Shown in pieces: positions 18,641 through 32,130 of a stretch of 64,000 nucleotides of DNA. Position 1 is the stretch's first letter. Each line of letters opens with the position of its first letter. A program made the position numbers and the translations under genes. The notes below the pieces were generated by a model that did not search any database, had not been told where the DNA came from, and saw nothing but the letters and a program-made list of their open reading frames with translations. This stretch comes from Eledone cirrhosa (Eukaryota), in the NCBI GenBank assembly GCA_964016885.1, contig OZ024742.1, positions 133,796,001 through 133,860,000 on the forward strand. Reading direction: 5' to 3'.

Positions 18641-18869
18641 ACACATGTTCTCTATTCAAACAATAATACATTCAGAATAATGAATAATTGCATATTGTAC
18701 ATGATCCCCCAACACATTAGAAACGGACATATAAAAGTGAATATAACTACTCATAGTTAAAGCTATAATATGGTATATCCCCGTGTAAAGAGAGAGTTAG
18801 CTTATCATTAATGCATGCCGCATTCAAAATAGGTGTCTGACTTAGGAAAACATAATTATATGAAATATG

Positions 18870-19050
18870 GGTTCTGAATTAGGGTCAAAGCCAACAATTT
18901 TTAATTGGGAGAGAAGTCACTTGAATCGGCTCTAGAGAGTTACTGTTATTGTATTTTATTGAAGCCGTAAGGATGAGGGGTAAATCTAACCTGTGCGGGA
19001 TTTGAACTCAGAATATAAAACGTCCTAACTTTATGCCGCAAAGCAAGTTG
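18870..19050 (-). mobile_element. tRNA-derived SINE, diverged
   Basis: CCGTAAGGATGAGGGGTAAATCTAACCTGTGCGGGATTTGAACTCAGAA. Confidence 0.7.
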
Positions 19051-19831
19051 TCTGTGGTTCTAACGATTCTATGTTGTGTTTACTGGTTGATGTTGGAAAC
19101 AAAATAATTAAATTATGGGGTCACTCTGATTATCTATAATCCATCTATGCTGTGCTCAGGTATAGCCGTGATCTTATCAGTGAAACCAAGACAAATTGTT
19201 ATTAAAACGTTTGGTAGGAGATGAATACATTGCACATGAAAATTAACAGTGGTCGAACGTATCTCTACTATACCAAACACCACCTTATACCACAGCATAT
19301 CCAGGTATATTTCGTACACAAATATAAATATTTCTTAGAGTGTTTTCCTTCTCTGCGTGTAATCTATATAAGCCGCGATGTATTCATAGGCCTTTTACAG
19401 ATTTATTTCATTCTCATCTGATGCGATGTCATCTTCAAACAAACTGTCATATATGTACAAAACAAAGATTAAATAAAAGTGGCATGCTGAAACTGAAAGA
19501 ATGATGTAACCTTCTTCATAGTTTTGTAAATAAAAGTATTAATTGTTGTCAACAGTATTATCTTTATTTCCAATCACATTTATAGTTGATTCCTCGAATG
19601 CTTTACTCACCTCACAACAAATATTATTATACAATATCACTTGTTTTCCTAGCATCAACGGCAAAAACACCGGAGGTCTATGGATTTTAATGTGCCGGGA
19701 GTGTGTATGTGTTTAAATTTGATTGTGCATAATGTATGTACGTCTGCAATTATCGGTATGCATATGTCATGTAATATATTCAGATCAACGAAAATTATTA
19801 CAAATACATACAACTACATACAACTACATAC

Positions 19832-19917
<86 letters not shown>

Positions 19918-20035
19918 TTCTCTTTCCCTCTCTCAATAAATTATATACATAAATAAATATAAGTATACACACTGTGTATACTTCACACTGTGTATAATAC
20001 ACACGCACATATATCTATATCTATACAGATAATTT

Positions 20036-20076
<41 letters not shown>

Positions 20077-20206
20077 CACATACACACACATGCACATAAA
20101 CACTCACATACAGAAACACACACTACACACAGACACACACACACATATATATACGAATATGCGTATATGTAAAGAGAGAGAAAGATATACGTATTATGTA
20201 TATCGA

Positions 20207-20240
<34 letters not shown>

Positions 20241-20385
20241 GTTTTTTTTTAGTGTGCTGTTATATGCACTGCATTAATGTGTATGTGAGAGGTATGTTGC
20301 TAGATATATAACTCTTTCCCTCATCTATCTCTCTCTCTATATATATATATATATATTTTAGTCTTCGAATTTATTATTATTACTA

Positions 20386-20495
<110 letters not shown>

Positions 20496-20526
20496 TAGAT
20501 ATATAGATAGATAGATATATATATAT

Positions 20527-20582
<56 letters not shown>

Positions 20583-21449
20583 ATAAATAGCGAAGTCGAG
20601 AAAGACTTTGGCCTATGATCTATGTATATTTGTTTTTTATTTATGTTTTGCGAAATGTTGCATCATTGATTCCTCTTAAGTTTCTTTATGTTAACAATTT
20701 ATGGCCTGTGGAAAATGTTGGAAGATAAATTAGACAGTGTCAGATATATTCGAAGCAGCTTCGTTGTTTGATTTTCTTTTTCCATTCATTTAATTTATTT
20801 TTTTTATTTGTTTTTGCTTAGTTCATATTGAATTTCTGTGTGAATTTATGTTGTATCCAAGTATAATGCTTCGAGGCATTATCAGATTTTACAAACTTCC
20901 TTTCTCGATTTGTCTGATGGGACGTGAACAACGCAAATCCGACAGTACAAATGAAAATACCGTGTGTGTATATATAACTATATATCTTAATGTTTGTTAT
21001 CTCATTCGATAGAAATAGAAAAAGACTGCTAGCGTTGCCTGTAGGGGTAAACGATATGTCTTTTAGCATTTCAGATATATCAGTTATTTTTATCTTGCCG
21101 ACTTCTCGAACAAAAGAGTCTCTATATTTTGGTCCCTACAGCGATGACTAAATTTACCTCTATTGCATTCTCTTGCTATCTAGTGCCGCATGCTCGTGGT
21201 TTTCCTCAAAATTCCAATAGGATGATATATCCAGTAGCCTGCCTTTGCACAATGATGATCGAATTAAAATTGAAACATTTAATTATATCCCTATCATGTC
21301 ATGTGATGTATGATAGACAGTTTTACTGTTTCTTAAAGTGTTGTTTTTTTTGCAATGTCGTAATACAGAGAGTGAATTCAAGTCCATGATGTTTTCTTTT
21401 TCTGGGGTTATTTGTCACCTACCCAAGTGCTGAACTTACGCTTTAGAGT

Positions 21450-21900
21450 TGTGCATATCAACATATATCAAGTTACAGGTTTTAATATCTATTCTTTTGA
21501 TATTCTGTTCTGTCCATCTAACTATCTAGTTTATCGTGAATATTTTGTTCTCCACTTTTTTAGGATAAGTCCCACCCGTATACAATATACTTTTCAGACT
21601 TTTTCATTCATTTGTATGTGACGTATCATCTTATATTTAGAGATCCCAAATATGTTTACATGTCCTCTTGATTAAGTTCTCTTATATTTTTGTTTATGTC
21701 CAAGTCTGTATTGGAACTTACAGTTATTTACCTTTCTTCAAAGCATGAACATTTTCTTTAACTAACCATGTTAACGTTTTTCATGAACAGGTTGCCCATA
21801 AAACTATTGGTTAGGTATACGCTCGTGAGCCATAATGCGGAGAATATGGCCGGATAAAAGCAGTTTATTTTTTCAGAATTAATGTCTGGTTAAAAGAAAT
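21450..21900 (-). pseudogene. Very old LINE (RTE-like) relic
   Basis: TYLGSLN-like motif near 21635-21660 on the minus strand; otherwise highly decayed. Confidence 0.3.
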
Positions 21901-22064
21901 ACTAGGTAAAGCTAGAACGTCAGAATTCAGAATGTATACTTTCAAAATATGGTGTAAAGCGTTTAGTTGGAATAGTCCAAGGAGCGTGAAGGAATATTTT
22001 TGTATATGCCCGAGTTTTGGAAGATTAGAGAAAAGGGGATAGAATAAAGGTTTATAAAGCGATA

Positions 22065-22178
<114 letters not shown>

Positions 22179-22194
22179 GATATAGATATATATA

Positions 22195-23312
22195 AGAGAG
22201 TATTGAAGTTTGCTTGAAGCATTGTGGAATAATAAGGTATATTTCTTTAAGTCGTTTGGAAGCCTCGACAATGCAGATGGGTAAATACCCGGGTAGCAAG
22301 ATCCGGTGGTGGGAAGAGAGATGTAAGTGAATGTACGTTGAGATGTGTGGTGTGTACAAGACTGTAGCGTGTAGAAGAATGCAGGAAAGAGCGTAAAGGA
22401 TAACAATAAATATAATAACACGAGATAGAGTTGCCTTGGGAGAGATGTAATTGTCCCTATATATTTCGGATTCACATCCACCAACTGGGTTTTTTCCGGG
22501 GGGGGAGGTTGTCTGCCGGAAAGGTGCGTGACGTGTCCTCCGCTGTTCGTTGTTTTGAATATCTGAGGTATTCAGCAGAGCGCGCGTGCGCGTAAAATGG
22601 GACCGGTCAAGCAGAGGTTGGCGGCCGAAATAGTTCTTTCAATTGTGGGAGTGGGGTGGTGCTAGCTCTCATTCCATAGAATTCTCTTCTTGTTTGGTGA
22701 ATGTTACTGTGTGTGTGTGTGCGTGTGTTGTTGTCTAGCTTGAGTGTGTGTGTGTCCGTGTGTTGTTGCGTTGTTCGTCTGTATTGGCAGTGTAGTGTGT
22801 TCGTATGGTGGAATGCTACTGTGAGTGTGTGTGTGTGTTGCTGTCACGCTCGTGTGTGTGCGTCTGTTGCTGCATCGTTTGTCTACTTAAACCAACCACC
22901 TCATTTCGCTTCTCTCGGATCGGTTGTTTATTTGTGACCCTAGGCGTTTGATCCAAAGTGCTTCTTTGATTCGTAATGTACCGACGTTTCTTTCTGTCGC
23001 TAGAATTGTGACAATGGGCCTTCCATCTTCGTTTCCGAATTTGGCTATATGTTTCTGGAAAGACGAGGCCCTGGTGTTAGTGTGCTCCTTGATCCGGATG
23101 TGCAGCGGCCGGATTGTTCTACCTATATAGTATTGGTTGCACTTGTTACATTCTATCTTATACATGACATATGTGCGTAGGCAACAGTTCGCATGGCGCA
23201 TCGGGTAGTCTCTGATGGAGTACGCGTCAGTTGATTTCCCGGGTTTCCTGGAGAGGCATCTTCGCAGGGAGGGGTCCGAGTGGGCCAGGTGGATGTCGAG
23301 GCCCTACCTCGG
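22195..23312 (-). mobile_element. 5'-truncated second copy of the 14586-17882 PLE family (GIY-YIG ORF 22887-23201 + pLTR)
   Basis: YVMYKIECNKCNQYYIGRTIRPLHIRIKEH..IKEALWI..IN; the DNA is the reverse-complement homolog of about 16740-17880. Confidence 0.9.
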
Positions 23313-23334
23313 TATAATATATATATACATACAG

Positions 23335-23722
23335 AGAGAGGGAAAGTGGAACTTAGACTGGCACGAAAAATATATTTAAAGGATCCTGTATATATATAAG
23401 GTTACATTTTAGACCCAGTCTTCTTCTCCTCAAGAAAGATGAGCAGACCTCCTTCAACACTTATATTTGATTTTTTATTTTTAATTCTTTTTAAAACTTT
23501 TTAATTATAATATTCAAGATTTGATGAAATAGATTACACTGATACAGTGAAACCGGTTATAATTTATATGTGTTATATACATAATAAAACTCCCTTTTTA
23601 AAAAAAAAAATGTTCGTCTCTTTTTTTAGTAATGTCACTTTGACGAATCAAAGAAGAAAATAAAAAGAAAAACAGATCCTTTTCATATATTTTTCGTGGT
23701 ACTTCCAATTCCACCCTTTTCA
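23335..23722. mobile_element. Old fold-back insertion
   Basis: About 23340-23392 is imperfectly inverted at about 23672-23720; decayed HHR-like TTGATGA..GAAA ccgg TT at 23521-23558. Confidence 0.45.
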
Positions 23723-23731
23723 AATATATAC

Positions 23732-23835
<104 letters not shown>

Positions 23836-25601
23836 TTTATTTTCACATGTATCTGTCACATCTTAGCGATTTGTTACACATATATTTCGTACACATATAT
23901 GGATATTACCTACACGTATGCCAACTCCTATTTACATACATAGATTTTATCAATGTAGTGGGCCATTGTAATTTGTTGAAATTTATCTTTTTATATAATG
24001 TATTAGAATCATAAATGTTTTTAAATGTGTTCTCTGTATAGGTAATTTCCTATCTACATACGTAATATATGCGAAAGAGACAAAAACGAAAAAATATTTT
24101 GATGAATATAGATTATATCATTTTCTGTAGCTCAATAGACTTTAGTTATAAATACGTATATTTTCTATGACTAACTCGTTTCCATCATGATGGTACAATA
24201 ACCTTCAAAATAAAATAGTAAGATTATAAAATAAACATATCACTACATATACAACAGTCCTCTGTTCAATGATACTATTTTGGGTAAATATATTGCTGTA
24301 TATTTTACATTTAGAGATGATAGCTGTACTACATTTATTTTGTCTATTATTTAAAATTTAGTCCGTCTCGTTTGTGCTTCTCTATTGCAAGAGTTGGTCA
24401 TTAATAGAGGAGAAAAAAAACTATACATTATCCAGCCTCATTTATTTTTCTCTCTTCCAAAACCCGGTCTCAACCTCAGTAGATATTATTAGTCTATATA
24501 GTTTTTTTTCGGTATTCTATGTTTATTTTTGTGTGAATACCTGCCAAGTATCTGGCAGTGACAGCACAATTTGTATGTTGGCACACAGAAAACAAGCTTA
24601 CGAACATATATTATAGATTAGAAGCATAAATGTGAGTGAGGAGTAGCATGTATACTGCCGCTTAAAAATCACGTCTATAATAGCGCCTTATCAGATCGCA
24701 CAATAAATACGTCATTATGCCTGACTCCCAACTATGTGGTTATCATATATCTCATGATCATTTTTGGAAACATATACGGTGCGAGGTTAAAACTCTCACT
24801 TTGATACAACAAAGTTATGGGTCCATTGCAGGTGGAGAATCTCATAGTCTCTAGCTGACATATAACTGTGAGCAATCTACTATAGAGATAAAAATATGAA
24901 TGCTAATACATACATATAATGATTTCATTTATTGGCCACAAGGGCAGACATATACACATAGATATAATAACATTAGGATACTTGACAAAGAGAAGACAAG
25001 GAAAACCACGTTGAACGAAAACACGACAGAACGAGAAATGGGAAACTTTACTTTTTTTTCTAATGAAAGACAACAATAGCGAAATGGCAAACAAAAGACA
25101 CAGAACTCCAAGGTCTTCAGACGTTGAGATGGACGTCGTCAGTTTCCGCACATACAAACTCTACTGTTTGTCTACCCAGTCCCACAGCATCTGAGAAATA
25201 AGCCAAATATATGTCGATAGAGTAAAAGACAACACTAAACAATAACTTATAGCCAATAAGGCTATAAAAGTGGCATGATATCTTTTGGGGAGTTAAATGC
25301 ATTCTTTATACAGAGAGTGGGATTGGAGCAGTGCAAAGCCTTTTCTCACTTAAAAAAATATTAAAGTACAAGCATCAATTGGTATGCGCATCTTTTGCGA
25401 TGCATGGCATTGTTGTTCGGAGGCAAGTTCCTAATAGGACTAAAAGGCCACGTCCGTGATACTCAAACTTAAATATCAAGCGATGACATTACTTGAACTG
25501 CAGTTGCATCCAGCATGTACATATAAATACACACACACCAACGCACACATATATACACACACACACACACACATATAACATATATATGTCTATATACTTA
25601 C

Positions 25602-25681
<80 letters not shown>

Positions 25682-25683
<2 letters not shown>

Positions 25684-26812
25684 GCAGTTTAGCCAGGCGT
25701 TGCTCGGGTTTGTTCATTTGCTATGAAAAGTTACATACAGGTAAACGTGGCTTGAAGGCGAATAAGTTTATAAATTAAGTGCATAAAGCAGTTGAACGGG
25801 TTATTAAAAGTTACGAAACAATTAGCATTTTGGACAATCAATGATGGGTTAATAATCTTCCAAACAGCGAATTTAGCAGGTGTCAGATTTGTCCGCCATG
25901 GGTGACCCTACCAGGAAATAGTTTTCCAGACGGCATAGCTCCAACACCCTCAACACCTGCACCAACATCTATAGCACCTCTTTGTACACGATATTGCGTG
26001 TCATCCATTGAGGAATGTAAGCAAAAAGTTCATTCATTCTCCCTACGCGGGAACAGGCAACATAAAGTTGGTCATGGGAGAAGCATGACTCCTCCAAATG
26101 GATGCCCGCTACCGACAGTGTTTGCCCTTGAGACTTGTTAATGGACATGGCAAAACATGGTCTCACCGGGAATTGGGATCGCCGGAAATCGAACGGGATA
26201 TCTGACGCCGAGGGGAAAAGGTTCATCCTTGGCAGTGTATTCGGGAGAATTGCCAGAAGTGCAACACTATGGGTGTTGTCATATTAACATGTAACGAATA
26301 AAAGTCGTAAAAAATAAATAATTTAATCATTCCGATTTGTATGTATATAGCATTATTATGTTATAGGAAGTGTTATTTAGCGCGTTGTTATTTGCAATAA
26401 GCCGATTTAAAAAAGCCGTATGTCAATACGGACCTCCAATGACTCCCCCAGCAGTTAAATTATAGAGAGGGGGAATAATATATTATAGAGAGAGGGAAGA
26501 GCGACGAAGAGAGCGTTATGACTATGTTTGTTTCGTATTAAATGATGTTTTGCTGATTTTTCAAAGTTTATGTCGCGTCCCTGAAGTTTGTTTTGTCGCT
26601 GTTGGGCCTAAGCGTGTCAGAGAGAGGGTTACAGCATGTATTTAGTTTTATCGATTTTTTTCATAGAAGTAGAACAGTTTTGGCAAAGTCTATTACGCAT
26701 TGACCATCGTTGGTAAATGTGGTGCACATTGGACAAACAATCATCAAAATCGGTAGCGAAATGTGGAAATGCATAAAATCCATACACACACAGAGACAGA
26801 CATCTTCCGTTA
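25682..26812 (-). mobile_element. Internally deleted Helitron retaining a PIF1-type helicase C-terminus
   Basis: ORF 25969-26226: QFPVRPCFAMSINKSQGQTL..CFSHDQLYVACSRV (helicase motifs V-VI); 3' hairpin CCCGAGCAACGCCTGG..CTGCTA. Confidence 0.85.
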
Positions 26813-27019
26813 TATATATATATATATAAATAATTACAACAGTGACATAAAGATGTACTCAATTTTCGTAGGGTTCTGGGCCTCAAATTCTTCCGCCTGA
26901 CATGCAATTATTTATACTAAAATCTTACTCTTGGATATTTCCTCGAAACATTTACGTTAGTATGTATATATATATATATATATATTATTATTATGTAATA
27001 AACAACATAAGGCAATTAT

Positions 27020-27077
27020 TCCATTTACCAGTGGTTTCTTAAAAGCAAAAGGTTTTGCTTTCAATCCTCAGAATGAA
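27020..27077 (-). ncRNA. Type I hammerhead ribozyme (3' pLTR)
   Basis: ttcatt CTGAGGA ttgaaagcaaaa cc ttttgcttttaa GAAA ccactgg TA aatgga. Confidence 0.85.
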
Positions 27078-27287
27078 AAATCCTGGTTTGTTTATTGAAT
27101 ATGGATTCTAAAAACGAAAATGCAATCTATATGAAAGTGAGGCTGGAAAAGGGAGAAGGAAAGGAAAAATAAAATAAAATAAAACTACACATGCAAACAC
27201 ACACAAAAAAACCCAAAAGCATACTTACACACACACACATATATACACATATAATTTGCACGCATACACACATACACATACACATAC

Positions 27288-27328
<41 letters not shown>

Positions 27329-27439
27329 TATACATACACATACATACACATATATATATATAAAAAGAGCGTACACCTACACACACATACACATATATAT
27401 ACACACATATACACATACATATATTCATACATACACACG

Positions 27440-27471
<32 letters not shown>

Positions 27472-27497
27472 TACATATACATACACATGTACATATC

Positions 27498-27541
<44 letters not shown>

Positions 27542-27564
27542 CATATACACACATATACACATAT

Positions 27565-27599
<35 letters not shown>

Positions 27600-28000
27600 T
27601 GTGTGTGTACAAGCCTACACATACACACACACATATATATACACACACATATACATACATTCACACAAACATACAACGTACATACATACACATACATGAA
27701 TGCACTCCACTACATATTAACACACGCAAATAAATATAAGAAAAAAATATATAAATAATATTAACAAATATTTGACAGCGATACATGCCCCAGCTAACAG
27801 GACAGACACGCGTGGTAAGTAATACACACATAAGCGCATATACATACGTTCGAAATAGTAAACACATACACACACTCTCACACATAAATATACATATACA
27901 AATACATAAACACGTACATACACATACATACGCAAACACGTACACGTATACAATATAAACACACACATGTATATGTAATTATATACACACACACACACAC

Positions 28001-28041
<41 letters not shown>

Positions 28042-28498
28042 CAAAAATATAAAAATATAAACGCACACACACATATAAATACGTAAACACACATATACAT
28101 ACATAGCTAAACAATTATACACATGCAAATACGTATATATCAAAAGAACGCACAACCAAATACAAACACACACACATATATACACACACACACACCCACA
28201 CACAAACCCACACATACATAAAAATAAATAAAAACACACGCAACATATACATACATACACGTACATATACATATATACACATATACATATACATATATAT
28301 ATATACACATATATATACACAAATATATATATATATATATATACATACACACGCACACGTACACATACACACATGCATACACATACACACACACATATAC
28401 ATGTGTGTATGTGTAAAGCTCAGTATTAGATAAGACAAATGAACCTTACATAAACGTATATATAGTAGTAAAGTAATAAAGCCATACAAGGCAATTAA

Positions 28499-28556
28499 TC
28501 CATTCACCAGAGGTTTCTTAAAAGCAAAAAAAGTTTCCTTCAATCTTCAGAATGAA
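28499..28556 (-). ncRNA. Diverged internal HHR paralog (GUG at cleavage site)
   Basis: ttcatt CTGAAGA ttgaaggaaactttttttgcttttaa GAAA cctctgg TG aatgga. Confidence 0.6.
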
Positions 28557-28941
28557 ATATACAAATATATACACACATACAGACACGCACACACACATAT
28601 ATATATATACATATATATATATATGTACATATATATATATATATATATATACAGACATATATACACATATACACACACATACATATACATACATACATAC
28701 ACATATATATACATACACAAACATATACGTACACATATACATATATACACACAAAAATACATACACATACACATAGGTATGTGAAGGGCAAAACAAAAAG
28801 AATATATGGGGTGGGGGGCCTAGAGGAGGTAAAAATATAAAGGGAGGTAAGGGAGAAAAAAATATTTTTTAAATACAAGAGTACAGAAGGTAGAAGCAGC
28901 AAAATAAAAGCCGTAGCAAAAGTAAAGAGCAGAGAAGGAGT

Positions 28942-29647
28942 TCAAGGCGGTTGATTTATCGTAGGAGTGTCAATCCAGTTACAGATCAGATGCGATTTCA
29001 GATGAGGACAGCATCTGAAGATCTCAGTCTTAGAGTTAAGGCAAGCGGAAGTGTCTCTCAAATTTAGCAAAATCCTATACTTTTCTGTGGTACACAAAGA
29101 ACAATTCTTTGTGCCCCTTTGGTACTCCCTCGAATGGTCTAATATAGACCAATCAATAGAGTACGGGATATTACTATCCTTGAGATCCCATACCTTACTT
29201 GCGAGGGCCGTTGATGTTCGTTTATCTGAGTGTTTAAAAGAAGCGACATGTGAGTAAAATCTGGTTTTAAACCTGTCCTGGGTCATACCGACATATCGCT
29301 CGCTTCTGGCTGGCTGGTTGTTGATAACTGGCGTTATTTTAGCCTCATAAACGACAGATTTTGTTTTACATTTACCCTGCAATGGGCATTCATCCGGCTT
29401 CCTGCAACTGCATCCTGGATTTATCCTCGTACGGTTTGAACTGGTGATTTTGGATTTCATGGATGGACAACAAGAGTAGCTGATCTTAACTACATTCCTA
29501 TTAAAAATCTTATAATATCTATGAATAGGAGGAAAATGTTTGTCTAATAGTTCAAGGAATTTCCTTCCTACATTAGTTTTGACATTTAGAGAGAAGGGGG
29601 GTGTGAACCAAATAATCTTCCTTTTCCTGTTATTATGGTTAGTTTTA
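28942..29647 (-). CDS. PLE linker + GIY-YIG endonuclease (C-terminal part of the single ORF)
   Basis: Frame is open upstream of the annotated Met: KRKIIWFTPPFS..KISYSCCPSM; CSCx5Cx5C; VVYEA..YVGMT..FKTRFYSH; CSLC..E; LN..E..CPH. Confidence 0.9.
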
Positions 29648-31075
29648 GGGGGGGGGAATAGGTAAATAAGAAATATTTTCTGTAAAACCGCTGTTCTTAA
29701 GGGCTTTATTATAATAAGGGGCGGCTTTATTAAAAATGTCTATAGACGAAGATAAAGTAGAAATCCTACGGCTAATGTTAGGAATAAGATTTTTAAAAAC
29801 TATAGGGGGATGGCAAGACTCTTTGTGTATATACCTAAGATTTTCATTAGGTTTATGATAGGGTTTAAAAGAGGCAGTAAGTAGATCAAGATTAATATCA
29901 AGAAAGTTAGCATTAGTAAGGTTCGTATCTATAGTAATTTTAAGGTTAAGATTAGCAAAGGTACTAATTAAATCTTTACGGAATTTATCAAGATTATGGC
30001 CATTGGTGGTATGAGAAACTGCTAATCCGTCATCACGGTATAAACCGATATTATGGGACGGAAATTTCTCTTTGAGTGTGTGGAGAAGGAATAATCCTAC
30101 TAAGTCGCACACATCCGCACTGTCATAAGAACCCATTGCAACATCGAAAGAGTTTTCAGGGTTTGACTTTTTAACCCAAATCTTATCATTAGTAAAAAGT
30201 AAAGTTTTTCTGGCATGAAAGATAATGTCCTCTTCTAATTTGGAGATATTAATGAAGGGTCTTGCAAAATCTAAGGCTTTAGTTAATAAGGAAACGGTAA
30301 TAGAAGGGTAAAAATCGACAATATCAAATTGCGTAAATCTACACTTATTTTTACCTTGTATATTATTGAACCAAGAAATAACAGAGGAAGTATTTAGCCA
30401 CTGTGAAAGGACAGTGTTAGTTCTAATTTGGATAATTATTTTTCTTAAGATTTTCTTACTAGCAAGGCCAACCTCGGATTTAGCCGGGTTAATCAGTCTA
30501 CAACTAGGTCGATTAGTAAAGTCCAATTTATGGTCTTTAAGGGTAATATATGCTTTACGCTTAGCTAAGCTTTCAATCCGGTTATCTATTTGTAAAGAAC
30601 TAGCTAGTTCTTTAGCTTCTTTATTGATAGTATTGTAGCTATTATTATTAGTTAATTGATATTTATTGGTAATACTATTAGTTAAAAGTTGGTTATACAA
30701 ATTACTATTAACTTCAAAGAGGTTTTTGGTTTTATCAGAAAGAACAAAAGTGTTTGTAGAATTTCTAAAATTAGAGATATCGTGAGAAAGTTTAGTTTGA
30801 AAATTATTATTGTACTTACGAAATTTGATATCACTAATTAGATTAACGAGGTCTAATTCGAAGTTGGCCATGTCTTTAATTCTAGGTGGATATTTACGGG
30901 ATTTAATGTCAAAATTATCTTTAGTATCAGCACTGAATAGTCCATCGTAAACCATTGCCTTCCATCTCATTCTTTTAACGACTTGCTCGATTTTATCAAT
31001 GAGGATTTTGGTGTATGTTGTGTTGGAAGGAGTGGGTATGTTTTTGATAGAATAATCCAAATCATAAAGGTCCAT
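29645..31075 (-). CDS. PLE reverse transcriptase (Naiad-like), N-terminal 476 aa
   Basis: SIKNIP, KRMRWKA, SDKT, LKDHK, CRLINP, FDIVDFYPSI, MGSYDSA, LYRDDGL, FLDINL, SCHPP. Confidence 0.93.
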   Translation of the reverse strand: MDLYDLDYSIKNIPTPSNTTYTKILIDKIEQVVKRMRWKAMVYDGLFSADTKDNFDIKSRKYPPRIKDMANFELDLVNLISDIKFRKYNNNFQTKLSHDISNFRNSTNTFVLSDKTKNLFEVNSNLYNQLLTNSITNKYQLTNNNSYNTINKEAKELASSLQIDNRIESLAKRKAYITLKDHKLDFTNRPSCRLINPAKSEVGLASKKILRKIIIQIRTNTVLSQWLNTSSVISWFNNIQGKNKCRFTQFDIVDFYPSITVSLLTKALDFARPFINISKLEEDIIFHARKTLLFTNDKIWVKKSNPENSFDVAMGSYDSADVCDLVGLFLLHTLKEKFPSHNIGLYRDDGLAVSHTTNGHNLDKFRKDLISTFANLNLKITIDTNLTNANFLDINLDLLTASFKPYHKPNENLRYIHKESCHPPIVFKNLIPNISRRISTLSSSIDIFNKAAPYYNKALKNSGFTENISYLPIPPP

Positions 31076-31520
31076 GGTATATGTTGGTTAAATTCCTGAA
31101 AACTGTAGAGTGCTCAACTAATCGGGCTGGAAAGTGCCAATCGTATATGTAATATCGAATATGCTGCGATCAATCCCGGTTGGAGCTGTATAAATGAAGT
31201 AATTCCATCGGAAAAGTCCAGGAAAAAAGAGTGCTCTATGTAAGCAACAGAGCTTAATTATTATTATTATGTAATAAACAACATAAGGCAATTATTCCAT
31301 TTACCAGTGGTTTCTTAAAAGCAAAAGGTTTTGCTTTCAATCCTCATATGTGTATATATGTGTGTGTGTGTAAGTATGCTTTTGGGTTTTTTTGTGTGTG
31401 TTTGCATGTGTAGTTTTATTTTATTTTATTTTTCCTTTCCTTCTCCCTTTTCCAGCCTCACTTTCATATAGATTGCATTTTCGTTTTTAGAATCCATATT
31501 CAATAAACAAACCAGGATTT

Positions 31521-31578
31521 TTCATTCTGAGGATTGAAAGCAAAACCTTTTGCTTTTAAGAAACCACTGGTAAATGGA
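31521..31578 (+). ncRNA. Type I hammerhead ribozyme (inverted pLTR copy)
   Basis: Same sequence as 27020-27077 on the opposite strand; a third copy truncated inside the core lies at 31296-31346 (-). Confidence 0.85.
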
Positions 31579-31681
31579 ATAATTGCCTTATGTTGTTTAT
31601 TACATAATAATAATAATTAAGCTCTGTTGCTTACATAGAGCACTCTTTTTTCCTGGACTTTTCCGATGGAATTACTTCATT

Positions 31682-31764
<83 letters not shown>

Positions 31765-31796
31765 ATATATAATATATTCATATATATATATATGTA

Positions 31797-31860
<64 letters not shown>

Positions 31861-31877
31861 ATATATATATATATATT

Positions 31878-32060
31878 AGAAAGTAATTTTTTTTTACAAA
31901 ATGAAAAATAACCGAGGTGTCCTACACGAGTGAAAGTATAAAGAAAAAGAGATGAAATCGAAAATGCAACTGGAGTCTTATTTTTTTTTAAATATATATA
32001 TTTATTTGGTTCCTTTACAATAAGACTCCAGTTGCATTTTCGATTTCATCTCTTTTTCTT

Positions 32061-32063
<3 letters not shown>
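31878..32063. mobile_element. Small fold-back insertion
   Basis: Perfect ~45-bp arms 31938-31982 and 32019-32063; unpaired tail 31878-31937. Confidence 0.7.
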
Positions 32064-32106
<43 letters not shown>

Positions 32107-32130
32107 TGTATATATAATATCTAATATAAT

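Larger units (their letters stand above)
26985..31682 (-). mobile_element. Young full-length Naiad-like Penelope element (pLTR family A) with partial direct 5' pLTR and inverted pLTR copy
   Basis: 31260-31346 is identical to about 26985-27070; 31347-31612 is the reverse complement of about 26985-27250; RT and GIY-YIG ORFs; four HHR motifs; (TA)n flanks. Confidence 0.92.

Noticed and set aside
25105-25200. Possible terminal host exon on the minus strand (ag|ATGCTGTGGGACTGGGTAGACAAACAGTAG) and nearby CTGACGA/CTGAAGA
   Set aside because: Too short to assign without homology or RNA-seq; no GAAA partner for an HHR
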